From positions 1 to 52,176 of the forward strand of contig JAQBYG010000005.1 of NCBI GenBank assembly GCA_027620445.1: DNA of 52,176 nt, read 5' to 3'. Source of the stretch: a bacterium. GTDB lineage: Bacteria > Patescibacteriota > Microgenomatia > UBA1400 > PJMF01. The notes beneath the pieces were generated by a model. The model had not been told where the DNA came from, made no database searches, and saw only the letters and a program-made list of their open reading frames with translations. The translations under genes were made by a program, and so were the position numbers. Below, in pieces: positions 22,081-31,349 of the stretch; positions within the stretch are counted from its first letter, which is position 1, and each line of letters starts with the position of its first letter.

Positions 22081-22097
22081 AGTTGCAGAATACAACC

Positions 22098-22460
22098 ATG
22101 TCACAAGCATTTCACCATCTTACTACAGACCAAATTCGACAACGCAGAGTGCGTGCGAAGTTGTTTGGCACCGCTAAGCGACCAAGAATTTCCGTACTGC
22201 GTTCAAATAAGAAATTTCAAGTTCAGGTGATTGACGATGGAGCAGGGAAAACGCTGTTTGGTATGCACTCCAAATCACAACAAAAAGTTGGTGATGGTTT
22301 GACCAAGACACAAGTTTCCAACGCATTGGCCAAAGCAGTTGCAGCAGAGTTGCAGAAGAGAAAGATTGCAGCAGCAATCTTTGACCGTGGGCAGTATCCA
22401 TACTTGGGTAGAATTCGTGAGTTTGTACAGACAGTACGTGCAGAAGGCATTACAATATAG
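22098..22460 (+). CDS. rplR: 50S ribosomal protein L18
   Basis: GTAKRPRISV.RSNK, FDRGQYPYLGR; start ATG 22098 (TTG 22083 is an alternative). Confidence 0.95.
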   Translation: MSQAFHHLTTDQIRQRRVRAKLFGTAKRPRISVLRSNKKFQVQVIDDGAGKTLFGMHSKSQQKVGDGLTKTQVSNALAKAVAAELQKRKIAAAIFDRGQYPYLGRIREFVQTVRAEGITI

Positions 22461-22467
22461 GATTCTT

Positions 22468-23124
22468 ATGGCAGAACAGCACAACCAAGTATCAGAGTAC
22501 GACGAGAAGGTTATCCAAATCTCCCGTGTTTCAAAAAAAACAAAGGGCGGCAGTAAGGTAGGTTTCTCAGTACTCATGGTAGTTGGTGACAGAAAAGGTA
22601 AGGTTGGTGTTGGACTTGGCAAAGCAAAAGACGTGTCTTCTGCAATTCAAAAAGGCATCAAAAAAGCCAAGAAGCGCATGATTGTTGTACCAATCGATGG
22701 CACAACAATTCCATTTCGCATTGTCATGAAAAAAGGTGCGGGGCAAGTTCTTCTCAAACCAGCACCAAAAGGATCTGGAGTCATTGCTGGTGGTCCAGTT
22801 CGTGCTGTGGTCGAAGCAGCTGGCATCCGAGATATTTCGAGTAAAATATTGGGTGCTCAAAACCAGGCGTCAAATGTGTACGCGACTTTTGCAGCTTTGA
22901 CGAGCATTTCGGAAATCGTGCAACTCAAAAATATCTCATTGAAGTCAATTGCTCAGGTAGAGACAGAAGAGGCACAAAAGGTGAAGGAAGAGCAAAAGCG
23001 ATTGAGTGAAGTCAAAAAAGAAGCAGCTGAGCCAAAAAAAGAGGTCAAGCCAGAGGCATCTAAAAAACCGGTAAAAAAAGTGATTGCAAAAAGCCCAGCT
23101 AAAAAAGCAAGCAAGAAGAAATAA
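22468..23124 (+). CDS. rpsE: 30S ribosomal protein S5 with Lys/Glu-rich C-tail
   Basis: [20 protein letters not shown]; ATG 22468 just after the rplR stop. Confidence 0.97.
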   Translation: MAEQHNQVSEYDEKVIQISRVSKKTKGGSKVGFSVLMVVGDRKGKVGVGLGKAKDVSSAIQKGIKKAKKRMIVVPIDGTTIPFRIVMKKGAGQVLLKPAPKGSGVIAGGPVRAVVEAAGIRDISSKILGAQNQASNVYATFAALTSISEIVQLKNISLKSIAQVETEEAQKVKEEQKRLSEVKKEAAEPKKEVKPEASKKPVKKVIAKSPAKKASKKK

Positions 23125-23126
23125 GT

Positions 23127-23576
23127 ATGTCAAGTTTACTCTCCAAGTTACCCCCAAGCTCTATCAAACAACGCAAGCGAGTCGGTCGCGGTTATGGCTC
23201 AGGTGTCGGTGGTCACACTTCTACCAGAGGGCAAAAGGGACAGAAATCACGAGCTGGTGGAAAGACTGCATTATGGTTCGAGGGTGGACAGTTGCCACTC
23301 ATCAAGCGCATGCCAATGCTGCGAGGCAAAGGTCGTTTCGTCTCTTTCGGCAAGCGAGTTGAGCTTTCATTGAAAAAACTGAATCTTGTCTCTGCCACAA
23401 AAGTCACGCTCGAGACACTGAAGTTAGAAAAACTCGTGAGCTCTCGTGCACAAGCAGTCAAAATTATTGGTACAGGCGAAATCACAAAGAAGTTGCAAGT
23501 GATTGATATTGTCGTCACTCCAGGAGCACAAAAGAAAATTGAAGCAGCAGGCGGTAGTATTACACAGACTACATAA
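23127..23576 (+). CDS. rplO: 50S ribosomal protein L15
   Basis: [26 protein letters not shown]. Confidence 0.98.
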   Translation: MSSLLSKLPPSSIKQRKRVGRGYGSGVGGHTSTRGQKGQKSRAGGKTALWFEGGQLPLIKRMPMLRGKGRFVSFGKRVELSLKKLNLVSATKVTLETLKLEKLVSSRAQAVKIIGTGEITKKLQVIDIVVTPGAQKKIEAAGGSITQTT

Positions 23577-23584
23577 CCATAACT

Positions 23585-24868
23585 GTGCAGAGAATACTCA
23601 CCTTCTTCCAAAAAATCTGGTCCGCTCCACAACTGAGAAAAAAACTCCTCTTCACCGCTGGAGTCTTCCTAGTTTTTCGTATATTGGCTCACATCCCGCT
23701 CCCAGGAGTCGACATTGTTCGACTTGGGCAGTTGTTTGATGGCAGTCAGTTTCTGAGCCTACTCAATGTTTTTTCAGGCGGTACCCTTGCACGTTTTTCG
23801 ATTGCTGCCGTCGGCATCAACCCGTACATCACTGCTTCCATTGTGATGCAGTTGGCAGGTATGGTTGTGCCACAACTCAAAGCAATGCAAAAGGATGGCG
23901 AGAGTGGCAGAGAGAAAGTCAATCAATACACTCGCTTACTTTCAGTGCCTCTCGGTATTGTGCAGAGTATTTCTGTCCTTGCGCTGCTGCGTTCGCAAGA
24001 TTTGTTGCTCGCGTCTGATCCTATTATTTTGGGCGTGCTCATTCTTTCTTTGGTCACAGGCGCACTTATTGTTATGTGGCTTGGTGAGCTCATCACACTG
24101 TATGGCATTGGCAATGGTATCTCGATGATCTTGTTTGCTGGCATCATCAGTGAGTTGCCAACCGCAGTTGCCCAGATTTGGTCGCTCACTACAGCCGATC
24201 AATTGATGACAGTTGGGATTTTTCTTGCCCTGTTCCTGTTTGTGATTGCCCTAATTGTGTACATGAACGAAGCAGTTCGTAAAATCCAGATCCAGTATGC
24301 TAAGAGAACGCGTGGTAGCAAAGTGTATGGTGGCCAGAGTACCCACCTGCCTATCAAGGTAAATGTAACTGGCGTGTTGCCGATTATTTTTGCGGTATCA
24401 CTCATGCTCGTTCCTTCGTTTTTGGCGGGCATTCTTACTTCGTCTGGCAACGATACCTGGATTGCATTTGGACAGAACCTCAACATCTGGTTTGCACCAA
24501 CGTCATACATTTACATGGCCGTTTATTTCACCGTTGTTTTGATTTTCTCTTTTTTCTCGGCACTGGTGTTTTTTAACGCCGAAGATATTTCATCAGAGCT
24601 CAAGAAAAGCGGAGCATTTTTGCCTGGTATTCGACCGGGTGCGCCGACCAAAAAATACCTCGAGTTTGTCGTGTCGAGGATCACTTTTGCCGGAGCGCTC
24701 TTTCTTGGTTTTATCGCGGTTCTTCCTTCACTTGCACAGCTTTTGACAAATATTCAATCATTGGCTATTGGTGGTACTGGTGTGCTGATTGTCGTTTCGG
24801 TCATTTTGGAGACGACAAAGCAGGCCGAAAGTATGGTAGTCGAGCAGAACTACGATCAGTACACGTAA
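23585..24868 (+). CDS. secY: Preprotein translocase SecY
   Basis: Multiple TMs, GINPYITASI, GIGNGIS, PGIRPG, GGTGVLIVV. Confidence 0.99.
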   Translation: MQRILTFFQKIWSAPQLRKKLLFTAGVFLVFRILAHIPLPGVDIVRLGQLFDGSQFLSLLNVFSGGTLARFSIAAVGINPYITASIVMQLAGMVVPQLKAMQKDGESGREKVNQYTRLLSVPLGIVQSISVLALLRSQDLLLASDPIILGVLILSLVTGALIVMWLGELITLYGIGNGISMILFAGIISELPTAVAQIWSLTTADQLMTVGIFLALFLFVIALIVYMNEAVRKIQIQYAKRTRGSKVYGGQSTHLPIKVNVTGVLPIIFAVSLMLVPSFLAGILTSSGNDTWIAFGQNLNIWFAPTSYIYMAVYFTVVLIFSFFSALVFFNAEDISSELKKSGAFLPGIRPGAPTKKYLEFVVSRITFAGALFLGFIAVLPSLAQLLTNIQSLAIGGTGVLIVVSVILETTKQAESMVVEQNYDQYT

Positions 24869-24888
24869 GCAGTAATAGCATATAAAGG

Positions 24889-25431
24889 ATGACTATGAAA
24901 ATAGTTCTAATTGGTATTCAAGGTGCTGGTAAATCTACACAGGGGAACATGCTTTCTGAAAAGTACAACGTTCCCTACCTCTCTTCTGGGCACATCTTCC
25001 GAGAAATGGCGAAAGAGAAAACGAAGCTCGGTCGATGGCTCAAAGAGTTATTAAATTCTGGTGCATTGGTACCCGACGATACAACACTCGAAGTGGTTTT
25101 AACCTACCTAAAAAAGCCTGAGTACCAAAATGGTTTTGTGCTCGATGGTTTTCCTCGCACCGTTGCGCAGGCGGAGGCATTTAACGGTTCGATTGATCAT
25201 GTTGTCTATATCAATGTTTCAGACAAAGAGGCGCTCTGGAGAATTTCTGGCAGAGTAGCCGAGCGTGAGGATGAGACACTGGCTGCAATCAGGCAACGGA
25301 TTTCCCTCTTCCACGGCGTCACAACTCCCGTAATCGAGTATTACCGAGAAAAAGGTAAGTTGAGAGAAGTTGATGGTGAAGTTTCGATAGAGGAAGTATC
25401 AGATTTAATAATAAAAGAGATTGAAGCTTAA
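24889..25431 (+). CDS. adk: Adenylate kinase, short (LID-less) type
   Basis: GIQGAGKST P-loop, LDGFPR, R.D lid remnant; start may be 24895. Confidence 0.93.
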   Translation: MTMKIVLIGIQGAGKSTQGNMLSEKYNVPYLSSGHIFREMAKEKTKLGRWLKELLNSGALVPDDTTLEVVLTYLKKPEYQNGFVLDGFPRTVAQAEAFNGSIDHVVYINVSDKEALWRISGRVAEREDETLAAIRQRISLFHGVTTPVIEYYREKGKLREVDGEVSIEEVSDLIIKEIEA

Positions 25432-26185
25432 TTCGTCAGCACCAAAGCAACAAGATAAAGTTACTGCTATGCGGCGCGGTGGTCGCATCTTGGCTCAGAT
25501 TCGTGATGAGCTTGCACGTCGAACAACACCAGAGACAACTTTTGAAGAAATAGAAGCCTGGGCTCAGGCTCTGTTGCGAGAGCACAAGGCGAAGCCTAGT
25601 TTTTCTACCGTCCCTGGGTACCACTGGGCTACTTGTGTCATGTTAAATGATGCACTCTGCCATGGCATACCACAGCGTGGTGTCGTGCGAGATGGTGATT
25701 TGGTGACGATCGACATTGGTTTGCTCTGTGACGGGTATCATCTCGATACGACCACCAGTTTCGCTGTTGGCAGCGTCAGCAGTAAGTTGAGAGATTTTTT
25801 GGCAATTGGAAAAAAGAGCCTGAGTTCAGCCATAGCTAAAGTACGTCCGGGAGAGTCGGTATACGGCCTTAGTAAGGCAATGGAGAAAGTGCTTGACGCC
25901 CATGGTTTCGGCGCCGTACATCAGCTCACAGGACATGGAATCGGCAAACAGCTGCATATGGAACCGAGTATTCCTGTGTTAGCAAACAAGGCTGATAAGA
26001 GGGTAATGCTGACTGCTGGGCAGACGCTTGCAATCGAAGTGATGTATACAGCCGGCAGTCCCAACTTGGTGGTAGATGGCGACAAATGGACGTATCGCAC
26101 GGAGGATGGGTCACTTTCTGGCATGTTTGAGGAGACGGTCTTGGTAACAGATTCTGGATATGAGGTTCTGACAAAAAGCCTATAA
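25421..26185 (+). CDS. map: Methionine aminopeptidase type I
   Basis: CHGIP, DIG, HLDTT, GHGIG..LH.EP, AIEVM, FEET metal-ligand motifs. Confidence 0.95.
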   Translation: MKLNSSAPKQQDKVTAMRRGGRILAQIRDELARRTTPETTFEEIEAWAQALLREHKAKPSFSTVPGYHWATCVMLNDALCHGIPQRGVVRDGDLVTIDIGLLCDGYHLDTTTSFAVGSVSSKLRDFLAIGKKSLSSAIAKVRPGESVYGLSKAMEKVLDAHGFGAVHQLTGHGIGKQLHMEPSIPVLANKADKRVMLTAGQTLAIEVMYTAGSPNLVVDGDKWTYRTEDGSLSGMFEETVLVTDSGYEVLTKSL

Positions 26186-26196
26186 TTTGATATAAT
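26168..26196 (+). promoter_or_regulatory. Internal promoter for infA
   Basis: CTGACA-17 bp-TATAAT (26191-26196) with extended TG, 10 nt before the ATG. Confidence 0.65.
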
Positions 26197-26206
26197 TACG
26201 AGTTCT

Positions 26207-26536
26207 ATGGGAAAAGTTCAAGATCACAAACGAGCGGCAAAAGGCAGGCGCCAAGTTGACCCAACTCAGCAAAAAGCTGCCGCGATAGATCGATTTGAGG
26301 TCGAGGGTGAGGTTTCTCAGTGTTTGCCTAACACGATGTTTTATGTAAATGTCACACAATCGCAGTATCCCCAAATGGTTGGCAGACAACTCCTCGGCAC
26401 CTTGGTTGGCAAGATGCGTTTGTTCCGAATTCGGGTTTTGCCCGGTGATGCAGTGAAAGGTTACGTATCAAAATATGACCTCAAAAAGATGAAAATAACC
26501 TTTAGATCAACACAAAATGATACGCAGTCAATTTAA
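26207..26536 (+). CDS. infA: Translation initiation factor IF-1, extended
   Basis: EVEGEV...LPNTMF, GKMR..IRVLPGD.V, S.YDL.K..ITFR; position between map and rpmJ. Confidence 0.88.
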   Translation: MGKVQDHKRAAKGRRQVDPTQQKAAAIDRFEVEGEVSQCLPNTMFYVNVTQSQYPQMVGRQLLGTLVGKMRLFRIRVLPGDAVKGYVSKYDLKKMKITFRSTQNDTQSI

Positions 26537-26590
26537 GTCTTTTCAAATTAAGACACACCTGGTATAGTTCACCTCTCTTGAGGAAGAATA

Positions 26591-26707
26591 ATGAAAGTAC
26601 GTACATCACTAAAAACAATTTGCATAGGTTGCAAGTTTATTCGACGCAAGGGGGTCCTGCGCGTTGTTTGCAAGACAAATGCAAAGCATAAGCAGAGACA
26701 AGGCTAA
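26591..26707 (+). CDS. rpmJ: 50S ribosomal protein L36 (missed by the ORF track)
   Basis: Manual translation [38 protein letters not shown]; CxxC..C..H zinc ribbon; SD GAGGAAG. Confidence 0.97.
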   Translation: MKVRTSLKTICIGCKFIRRKGVLRVVCKTNAKHKQRQG

Positions 26708-26710
26708 GAT

Positions 26711-27118
26711 ATGATTCGTATTGTCGGTATCGACCTTCCAGAACACAAAAAAATTCGCTATGCACTGCGTAGTATTTTTGGTGTGGGCGATGCTCGATCC
26801 AAGAATATTCTTACCGAAGCACATGTCGATGAGCACAAACGAACGAGAGATCTCACCACAGATGAGGTAAACCGAATTCAAAGAGCTTTGGACAGGTTCC
26901 AAACAGAAGGAAACTTGCGCAGAGAGATCAATGACAACATCGATCGTCTCAAGAGAACCCGCGCGTACCGAGGCCTACGACACATTGCTCATTTACCAGT
27001 ACGAGGACAGCGAACTCGTACCAATTCACGAAGCGCTCGTGGTGGTGGTAAGAGAAAAACAGTCGGTTCGCTCAGTAAAGAAATGGCAGCAAAGCTAGAA
27101 GAACCAGCGAAAAAGTAA
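26711..27118 (+). CDS. rpsM: 30S ribosomal protein S13
   Basis: RIVGIDLP, YRGLRH..LPVRGQRTRTN. Confidence 0.99.
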   Translation: MIRIVGIDLPEHKKIRYALRSIFGVGDARSKNILTEAHVDEHKRTRDLTTDEVNRIQRALDRFQTEGNLRREINDNIDRLKRTRAYRGLRHIAHLPVRGQRTRTNSRSARGGGKRKTVGSLSKEMAAKLEEPAKK

Positions 27119-27121
27119 CGT

Positions 27122-27517
27122 ATGGCAAATATAACAAAAGCACCAGTCAAAAATAAAAAAGCACGATTAGTTTCGAGTGGTCGCATGTATGTGACCGCAA
27201 CTTTTAACACGACACTCGTTAGTATCACCGATGAGCAAGGCAATGTGCTTTGTTGGTCGTCTGCCGGAGAAGCTGGTTTTACCGGTTCTCGTAAATCGAC
27301 GCCATATGCTGCCACAATCACTCTGGAAAACGCAGTCAATAAAGCTCGCGTTTTTGGTATGCAAAACATGGACCTCTTTATTAAGGGTCCAGGTCCAGGC
27401 AGAGATGTCGCACTTCGAGTTCTTAAAGCACAGGGAATTCGCGTTAGTTTGATTGCTGATATGACACCTTCGCCACACAACGGTACTCGACCACGGAAAG
27501 CTAAGCACAACAAATAA
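27122..27517 (+). CDS. rpsK: 30S ribosomal protein S11
   Basis: GFTGSRKSTPYAA, KGPGPGR, PHNG.RP. Confidence 0.99.
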   Translation: MANITKAPVKNKKARLVSSGRMYVTATFNTTLVSITDEQGNVLCWSSAGEAGFTGSRKSTPYAATITLENAVNKARVFGMQNMDLFIKGPGPGRDVALRVLKAQGIRVSLIADMTPSPHNGTRPRKAKHNK

Positions 27518-27518
27518 T

Positions 27519-28124
27519 ATGTCAAGATATACCGCTTCTAGAAACAAGCTCGCTCGTCAAATTGGTGAGGATTTATCTCTCAAGACCAATGCTCTCAAGG
27601 TTGGGAAGAGAGTTAATATTCGACCAGGTCAACATGGGGCAAAACGACGCCGCAAACTTTCTGATTTTGGTACTCAGCTGAGAGAAAAACAAAAGATTCG
27701 ATATATCTACGGTATTACCGAAAAGCAGCTCAGAAAACTATATGAGCAAGCTGCCAGTAGTCAGCTCGCAACGGGATCTACGCTTATTTCGTTACTAGAG
27801 CGCAGACTCGATAATGTTGTTTTTCGTCTTGGTTGGGCTCCGACTAGAGCAGCTGCTCGACAGTTGGTGAGTCACCATCATGTTTTGCTCAACGGCAAAC
27901 ATCATAATGTCTCTTCATATCTGGTACAAACCAATGATACTTTTGTCTTGGGTACCACCGCGAGCAAAATTCCAGCTATCAAAGATATGCTGGAGTCAGA
28001 CGCTGTCCAGCCAGAGTGGTTAGAGAAAAAACAAGTTGCCGCAAAGGTGACACGTCTGCCAGTACGTAGTGATGTCGTTGAGCCAGTAGCAGAACAGTTG
28101 GTAGTGGAGTACTACAGTAGATAA
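27519..28124 (+). CDS. rpsD: 30S ribosomal protein S4
   Basis: PGQHG, QLREKQK, LERRLDNVVFR, VVEYYSR. Confidence 0.99.
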   Translation: MSRYTASRNKLARQIGEDLSLKTNALKVGKRVNIRPGQHGAKRRRKLSDFGTQLREKQKIRYIYGITEKQLRKLYEQAASSQLATGSTLISLLERRLDNVVFRLGWAPTRAAARQLVSHHHVLLNGKHHNVSSYLVQTNDTFVLGTTASKIPAIKDMLESDAVQPEWLEKKQVAAKVTRLPVRSDVVEPVAEQLVVEYYSR

Positions 28125-28190
28125 TAAAAGTATTAACCCAAAGAAACGGATTCTCTCGAAGCGAGAGGAGAAGAAACAAAAAGGAGAACT

Positions 28191-29135
28191 ATGTTACAAG
28201 ATCTTACACAATACCCGGTGATGAACCCAACCTTCGAGATGAGCGAAGTTGCCCAAAGCGAGACAGTCTCTGTCATTACCATCGATCCTCTCGAGCAGGG
28301 CTATGGTCACACCCTCGGTAATGCATTGCGACGAGTTCTCTTATCATCTTTGCCAGGTGCAGCGATCACTCAAATGCGCGTGAAAGGTGTTGATCATCAA
28401 TTCAGTGCTATCCCAGGTGTCACAGAAGATGTGTTGGAGATTGGCCTGAACCTTAAGCTCGTTCGCGTAGTTGCAGATAATGCTGGTACTGGTGTGCTTA
28501 GAATTGTTGCCAAAGGACCAAAGGTCATAACGGCGAAAGACATTGAGTGCGAAGCTGGTTTTTCTATTGCGAATGGCGATCAACACATCATGACCATTGC
28601 AAAATCTGGCTCGGTTGATATTGAGATGGTTGCGAGCACCGGTACTGGATACCAAGTCTCGGACGAAACACAGAGTACTGGTGTTGGTGATGTTATGCTT
28701 GATGCGCTTTTTTCACCTGTGATCAGTGTTTCTTATAAAGTGGAGTCAACCCGTGTTGGACGCAGAACTGATTTTGATAAATTGATCTTGAGTGTTACCA
28801 CCGATGGATCGATTGCACCAATAGTTGCAGTCAAACAAGCGGCTCATATTCTCTCACGTCAGTTTGCCCAGATCACCAACCCAACAGCGCAAGCGGTTGT
28901 AGAGCCAGAGTCTGCGCTCAGTCCAGAAGAAGCCGAAGTGCTCCGTCTGACGGTTGAGGAACTAGACTTGCCAACTCGAATCGCTAATGCGCTTCGCAAG
29001 GGCGGATTTGCCACAGTTGGAGACTTGGTTGGGGCGCCTAAGAGTGTTATAGCCAAGGTCAAAAACCTCGGTGAAAAGAGTGTTGTTGTTGTAGATGGTG
29101 CGTTAATAAAGAAGGGCGTCAGTTTAGGCGAATAA
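28191..29135 (+). CDS. rpoA: RNA polymerase alpha subunit
   Basis: PLEQGYGHTLGNALRR, RVGRRTDFDKL, CTD with KNLGEKS; SD AAGGAG. Confidence 0.98.
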   Translation: MLQDLTQYPVMNPTFEMSEVAQSETVSVITIDPLEQGYGHTLGNALRRVLLSSLPGAAITQMRVKGVDHQFSAIPGVTEDVLEIGLNLKLVRVVADNAGTGVLRIVAKGPKVITAKDIECEAGFSIANGDQHIMTIAKSGSVDIEMVASTGTGYQVSDETQSTGVGDVMLDALFSPVISVSYKVESTRVGRRTDFDKLILSVTTDGSIAPIVAVKQAAHILSRQFAQITNPTAQAVVEPESALSPEEAEVLRLTVEELDLPTRIANALRKGGFATVGDLVGAPKSVIAKVKNLGEKSVVVVDGALIKKGVSLGE

Positions 29136-29138
29136 TCA

Positions 29139-29615
29139 ATGAGACACAGAGTAGCAAAGCGCAAGTTCAATCGTGACACAAAACACAGGGGTGCTCTCCT
29201 GAAGAATTTGTTGCGTCAGTTGTTCTTGCATGGTGCAATTACCACCACTCAGGCGAAGGCAAAAGAGCTCAAACGCCAGGTAGATTCTATCGTGGTACAA
29301 GCAAAAACAGATTCAGTTGCGAGCAGACGAGAGATACACAAAACATTTGGCAAACACGATGTTACAAATACGCTGGTCGACGCAATAGGTCCAACCTTTG
29401 CGAAGCGAGACTCAGGGTTTACCACTATCGAGCCGGTCGGCATTCGACGTGGAGACGCAACGCCATTGTTTAAAGTAAGCTTGATGGAACAACGAGAGCG
29501 ATTGCACACGTTTAAACCAGCTACCCCAAAGAAAATTGCTCCTGCAAAGAAGAAAACTGAGGCGCCAAAAGCAAAAGCAAAACCAAAAACAGCAAAGAAA
29601 TTAGCAAAGAAGTAG
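29139..29615 (+). CDS. rplQ: 50S ribosomal protein L17 with Lys/Ala-rich tail
   Basis: MRHR, ITTTQAKAKE, RRGDA. Confidence 0.96.
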   Translation: MRHRVAKRKFNRDTKHRGALLKNLLRQLFLHGAITTTQAKAKELKRQVDSIVVQAKTDSVASRREIHKTFGKHDVTNTLVDAIGPTFAKRDSGFTTIEPVGIRRGDATPLFKVSLMEQRERLHTFKPATPKKIAPAKKKTEAPKAKAKPKTAKKLAKK

Positions 29616-29616
29616 T

Positions 29617-30042
29617 ATGCAACAAACAACTCTTATCAAACCAGCAGATGTTACCAGGTCGTGGCACATTATCGATGTTTCAAAAACAGTGCTCGGTCGC
29701 TCAGCTACCCAAATTGCTAAGTTGCTTGTGGGCAAGCACAAGCTTGGATACACCCCAAATGTTGATAATGGTGATTATGTTGTCGTGATCAATGCTTCAG
29801 AAGTGGTCGTCACGCGAAACAAACCACAGCAAAAGATGTACCACACACACTCAAACTATCCAGGCGGACTTCGTAGCATCAAGTTTGCTGACCTACAGAA
29901 GAAATTTCCTGAGCGAATTATAGAAAAAGCAGTCTTCAACATGTTGCCAAAGAATAAACTCAGAAGTATGAGAATGAATCGACTCAAGGTGTTTGCGGGC
30001 GCAGAGCACACTCACGAGAGTCAATTGGGAACAAAGGAGTAA
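29617..30042 (+). CDS. rplM: 50S ribosomal protein L13
   Basis: LVGKHK, GDYVVVINA, YPGG, MLPKNKL. Confidence 0.98.
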   Translation: MQQTTLIKPADVTRSWHIIDVSKTVLGRSATQIAKLLVGKHKLGYTPNVDNGDYVVVINASEVVVTRNKPQQKMYHTHSNYPGGLRSIKFADLQKKFPERIIEKAVFNMLPKNKLRSMRMNRLKVFAGAEHTHESQLGTKE

Positions 30043-30045
30043 GTC

Positions 30046-30561
30046 ATGGCGTTACGTTTAGCAAAGAAAAAAGGTCAGGCACAGCGAGTTGTAAAACGAA
30101 TTACTCCGGTTGCAGTCAAAAAAGCTGGAGTCAGCAATGAAAAGGTTGTCATACCAGCTCCAAGTGGTACGTACGTAGAGGGCATCGGCCGAAGAAAAGT
30201 TGCCACTGCTCGAGTACGACTCTTTTCTCAGGCAGGCAACTTTACTGTAAACGGCATGTTGGCGAATGAGTACTTTGGCTCGATTCCACAGGCAGCTAAG
30301 TTATTTACCCTGCCACTAACAGTTACGGAAACAGCTTTGGAATCAATTGCAGTTTCCGCGAAAGTTTCTGGATCCGGTATCAAGGCGCAGCTTGACGCAG
30401 TTGTTCATGGTTTGGCTCGAGCACTTGACGCACACAATCCAGAATTACACACTTTGTTAAAACAAGCAGGCTTACTCACCCGAGATGATCGTATGAAAGA
30501 GACGAGAAAAATTGGAATGGGTGGTAAAGCACGACGTTCTCGCCAATCACCTCGACGTTAA
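30046..30561 (+). CDS. rpsI: 30S ribosomal protein S9 with N-terminal extension
   Basis: GRRKVATARV, LLTRDDRMKE, KARR..QSPRR. Confidence 0.97.
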   Translation: MALRLAKKKGQAQRVVKRITPVAVKKAGVSNEKVVIPAPSGTYVEGIGRRKVATARVRLFSQAGNFTVNGMLANEYFGSIPQAAKLFTLPLTVTETALESIAVSAKVSGSGIKAQLDAVVHGLARALDAHNPELHTLLKQAGLLTRDDRMKETRKIGMGGKARRSRQSPRR

Positions 30562-31349
30562 CTGCTGGCGCTGGTGTATTTTTTCAGACTGAATTTCCAA
30601 AATTGCAGACTTGCAGCTAGCAAGGTCATCGTGACGATAAAAACTATTGGTAAGCTCACAGAGGGCGTTAAGTTCTGTAGTACTTGAGCCGGTATCGTCA
30701 ACATCAACCCAATTGGTAAGAGAAAGAATAGTACGAGTCGCACTGATTCGTGGTAAATGGTGATAGGAAATCTGCCAAGCGCAGAGAGGTCCCGATAGAG
30801 CCAAACCAGTCCATCAATCTCAACCATCGAAATGGCCATTGCAACGATGATGATATGCAGTGCCAAAGCTATGATTACTGCATTCAAAAAGAGTAAGCCA
30901 AAAAGTAGTAGCGAGCTCGTCGTGAGAGTGACGGAGAGTGTAGAGAGCAAGTAAGCACTGCCCAGAGTTGTGGGAATAAGAAAGAGTAGATCATTGATAT
31001 CTGGCTTGTCGGTCAGAATTCTAAAGAGTGGGTTGAGGGGTTTGATCAGCAGAAAATCGAGTTCTCCAGAACGCACTTGATTACCAAAGACATACACATT
31101 CCGAAAGAGCGTTTGAGCGACAGAGTCAATCAGCTGGTAGGTCAGAAAAAAAACAATCATCTCATCACTTGAGTAACCGGCGACACTAGAGACACTTTCT
31201 TTTATGAGAAATAAAAACAGTAAACTAATGAGAAATCGAAATGCTTTGCCTAACAAGAAGAACAGATTGGTACCTCGATTTACAAACGCGATCTGCAAGG
31301 CATTAGTTGCAGTTAATCGCCAGACCCTGAGATAGCTGTTAATTTTCAT
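30558..31349 (-). CDS. ABC-2 family permease (DUF990-like)
   Basis: About 6 TMs, VRSGELDFLLIKP, RFPITIY. Confidence 0.88.
   Translation of the reverse strand: MKINSYLRVWRLTATNALQIAFVNRGTNLFFLLGKAFRFLISLLFLFLIKESVSSVAGYSSDEMIVFFLTYQLIDSVAQTLFRNVYVFGNQVRSGELDFLLIKPLNPLFRILTDKPDINDLLFLIPTTLGSAYLLSTLSVTLTTSSLLLFGLLFLNAVIIALALHIIIVAMAISMVEIDGLVWLYRDLSALGRFPITIYHESVRLVLFFLLPIGLMLTIPAQVLQNLTPSVSLPIVFIVTMTLLAASLQFWKFSLKKYTSASS

Noticed and set aside
22339-22467. Extended rpsE N-terminus
   Set aside because: It lies inside rplR; the real start is ATG 22468.
28151-28170. Hairpin CTCTCG-AAG-CGAGAG between rpsD and rpoA
   Set aside because: No U-tract and it does not cover the rpoA SD; at most a processing or stability hairpin.
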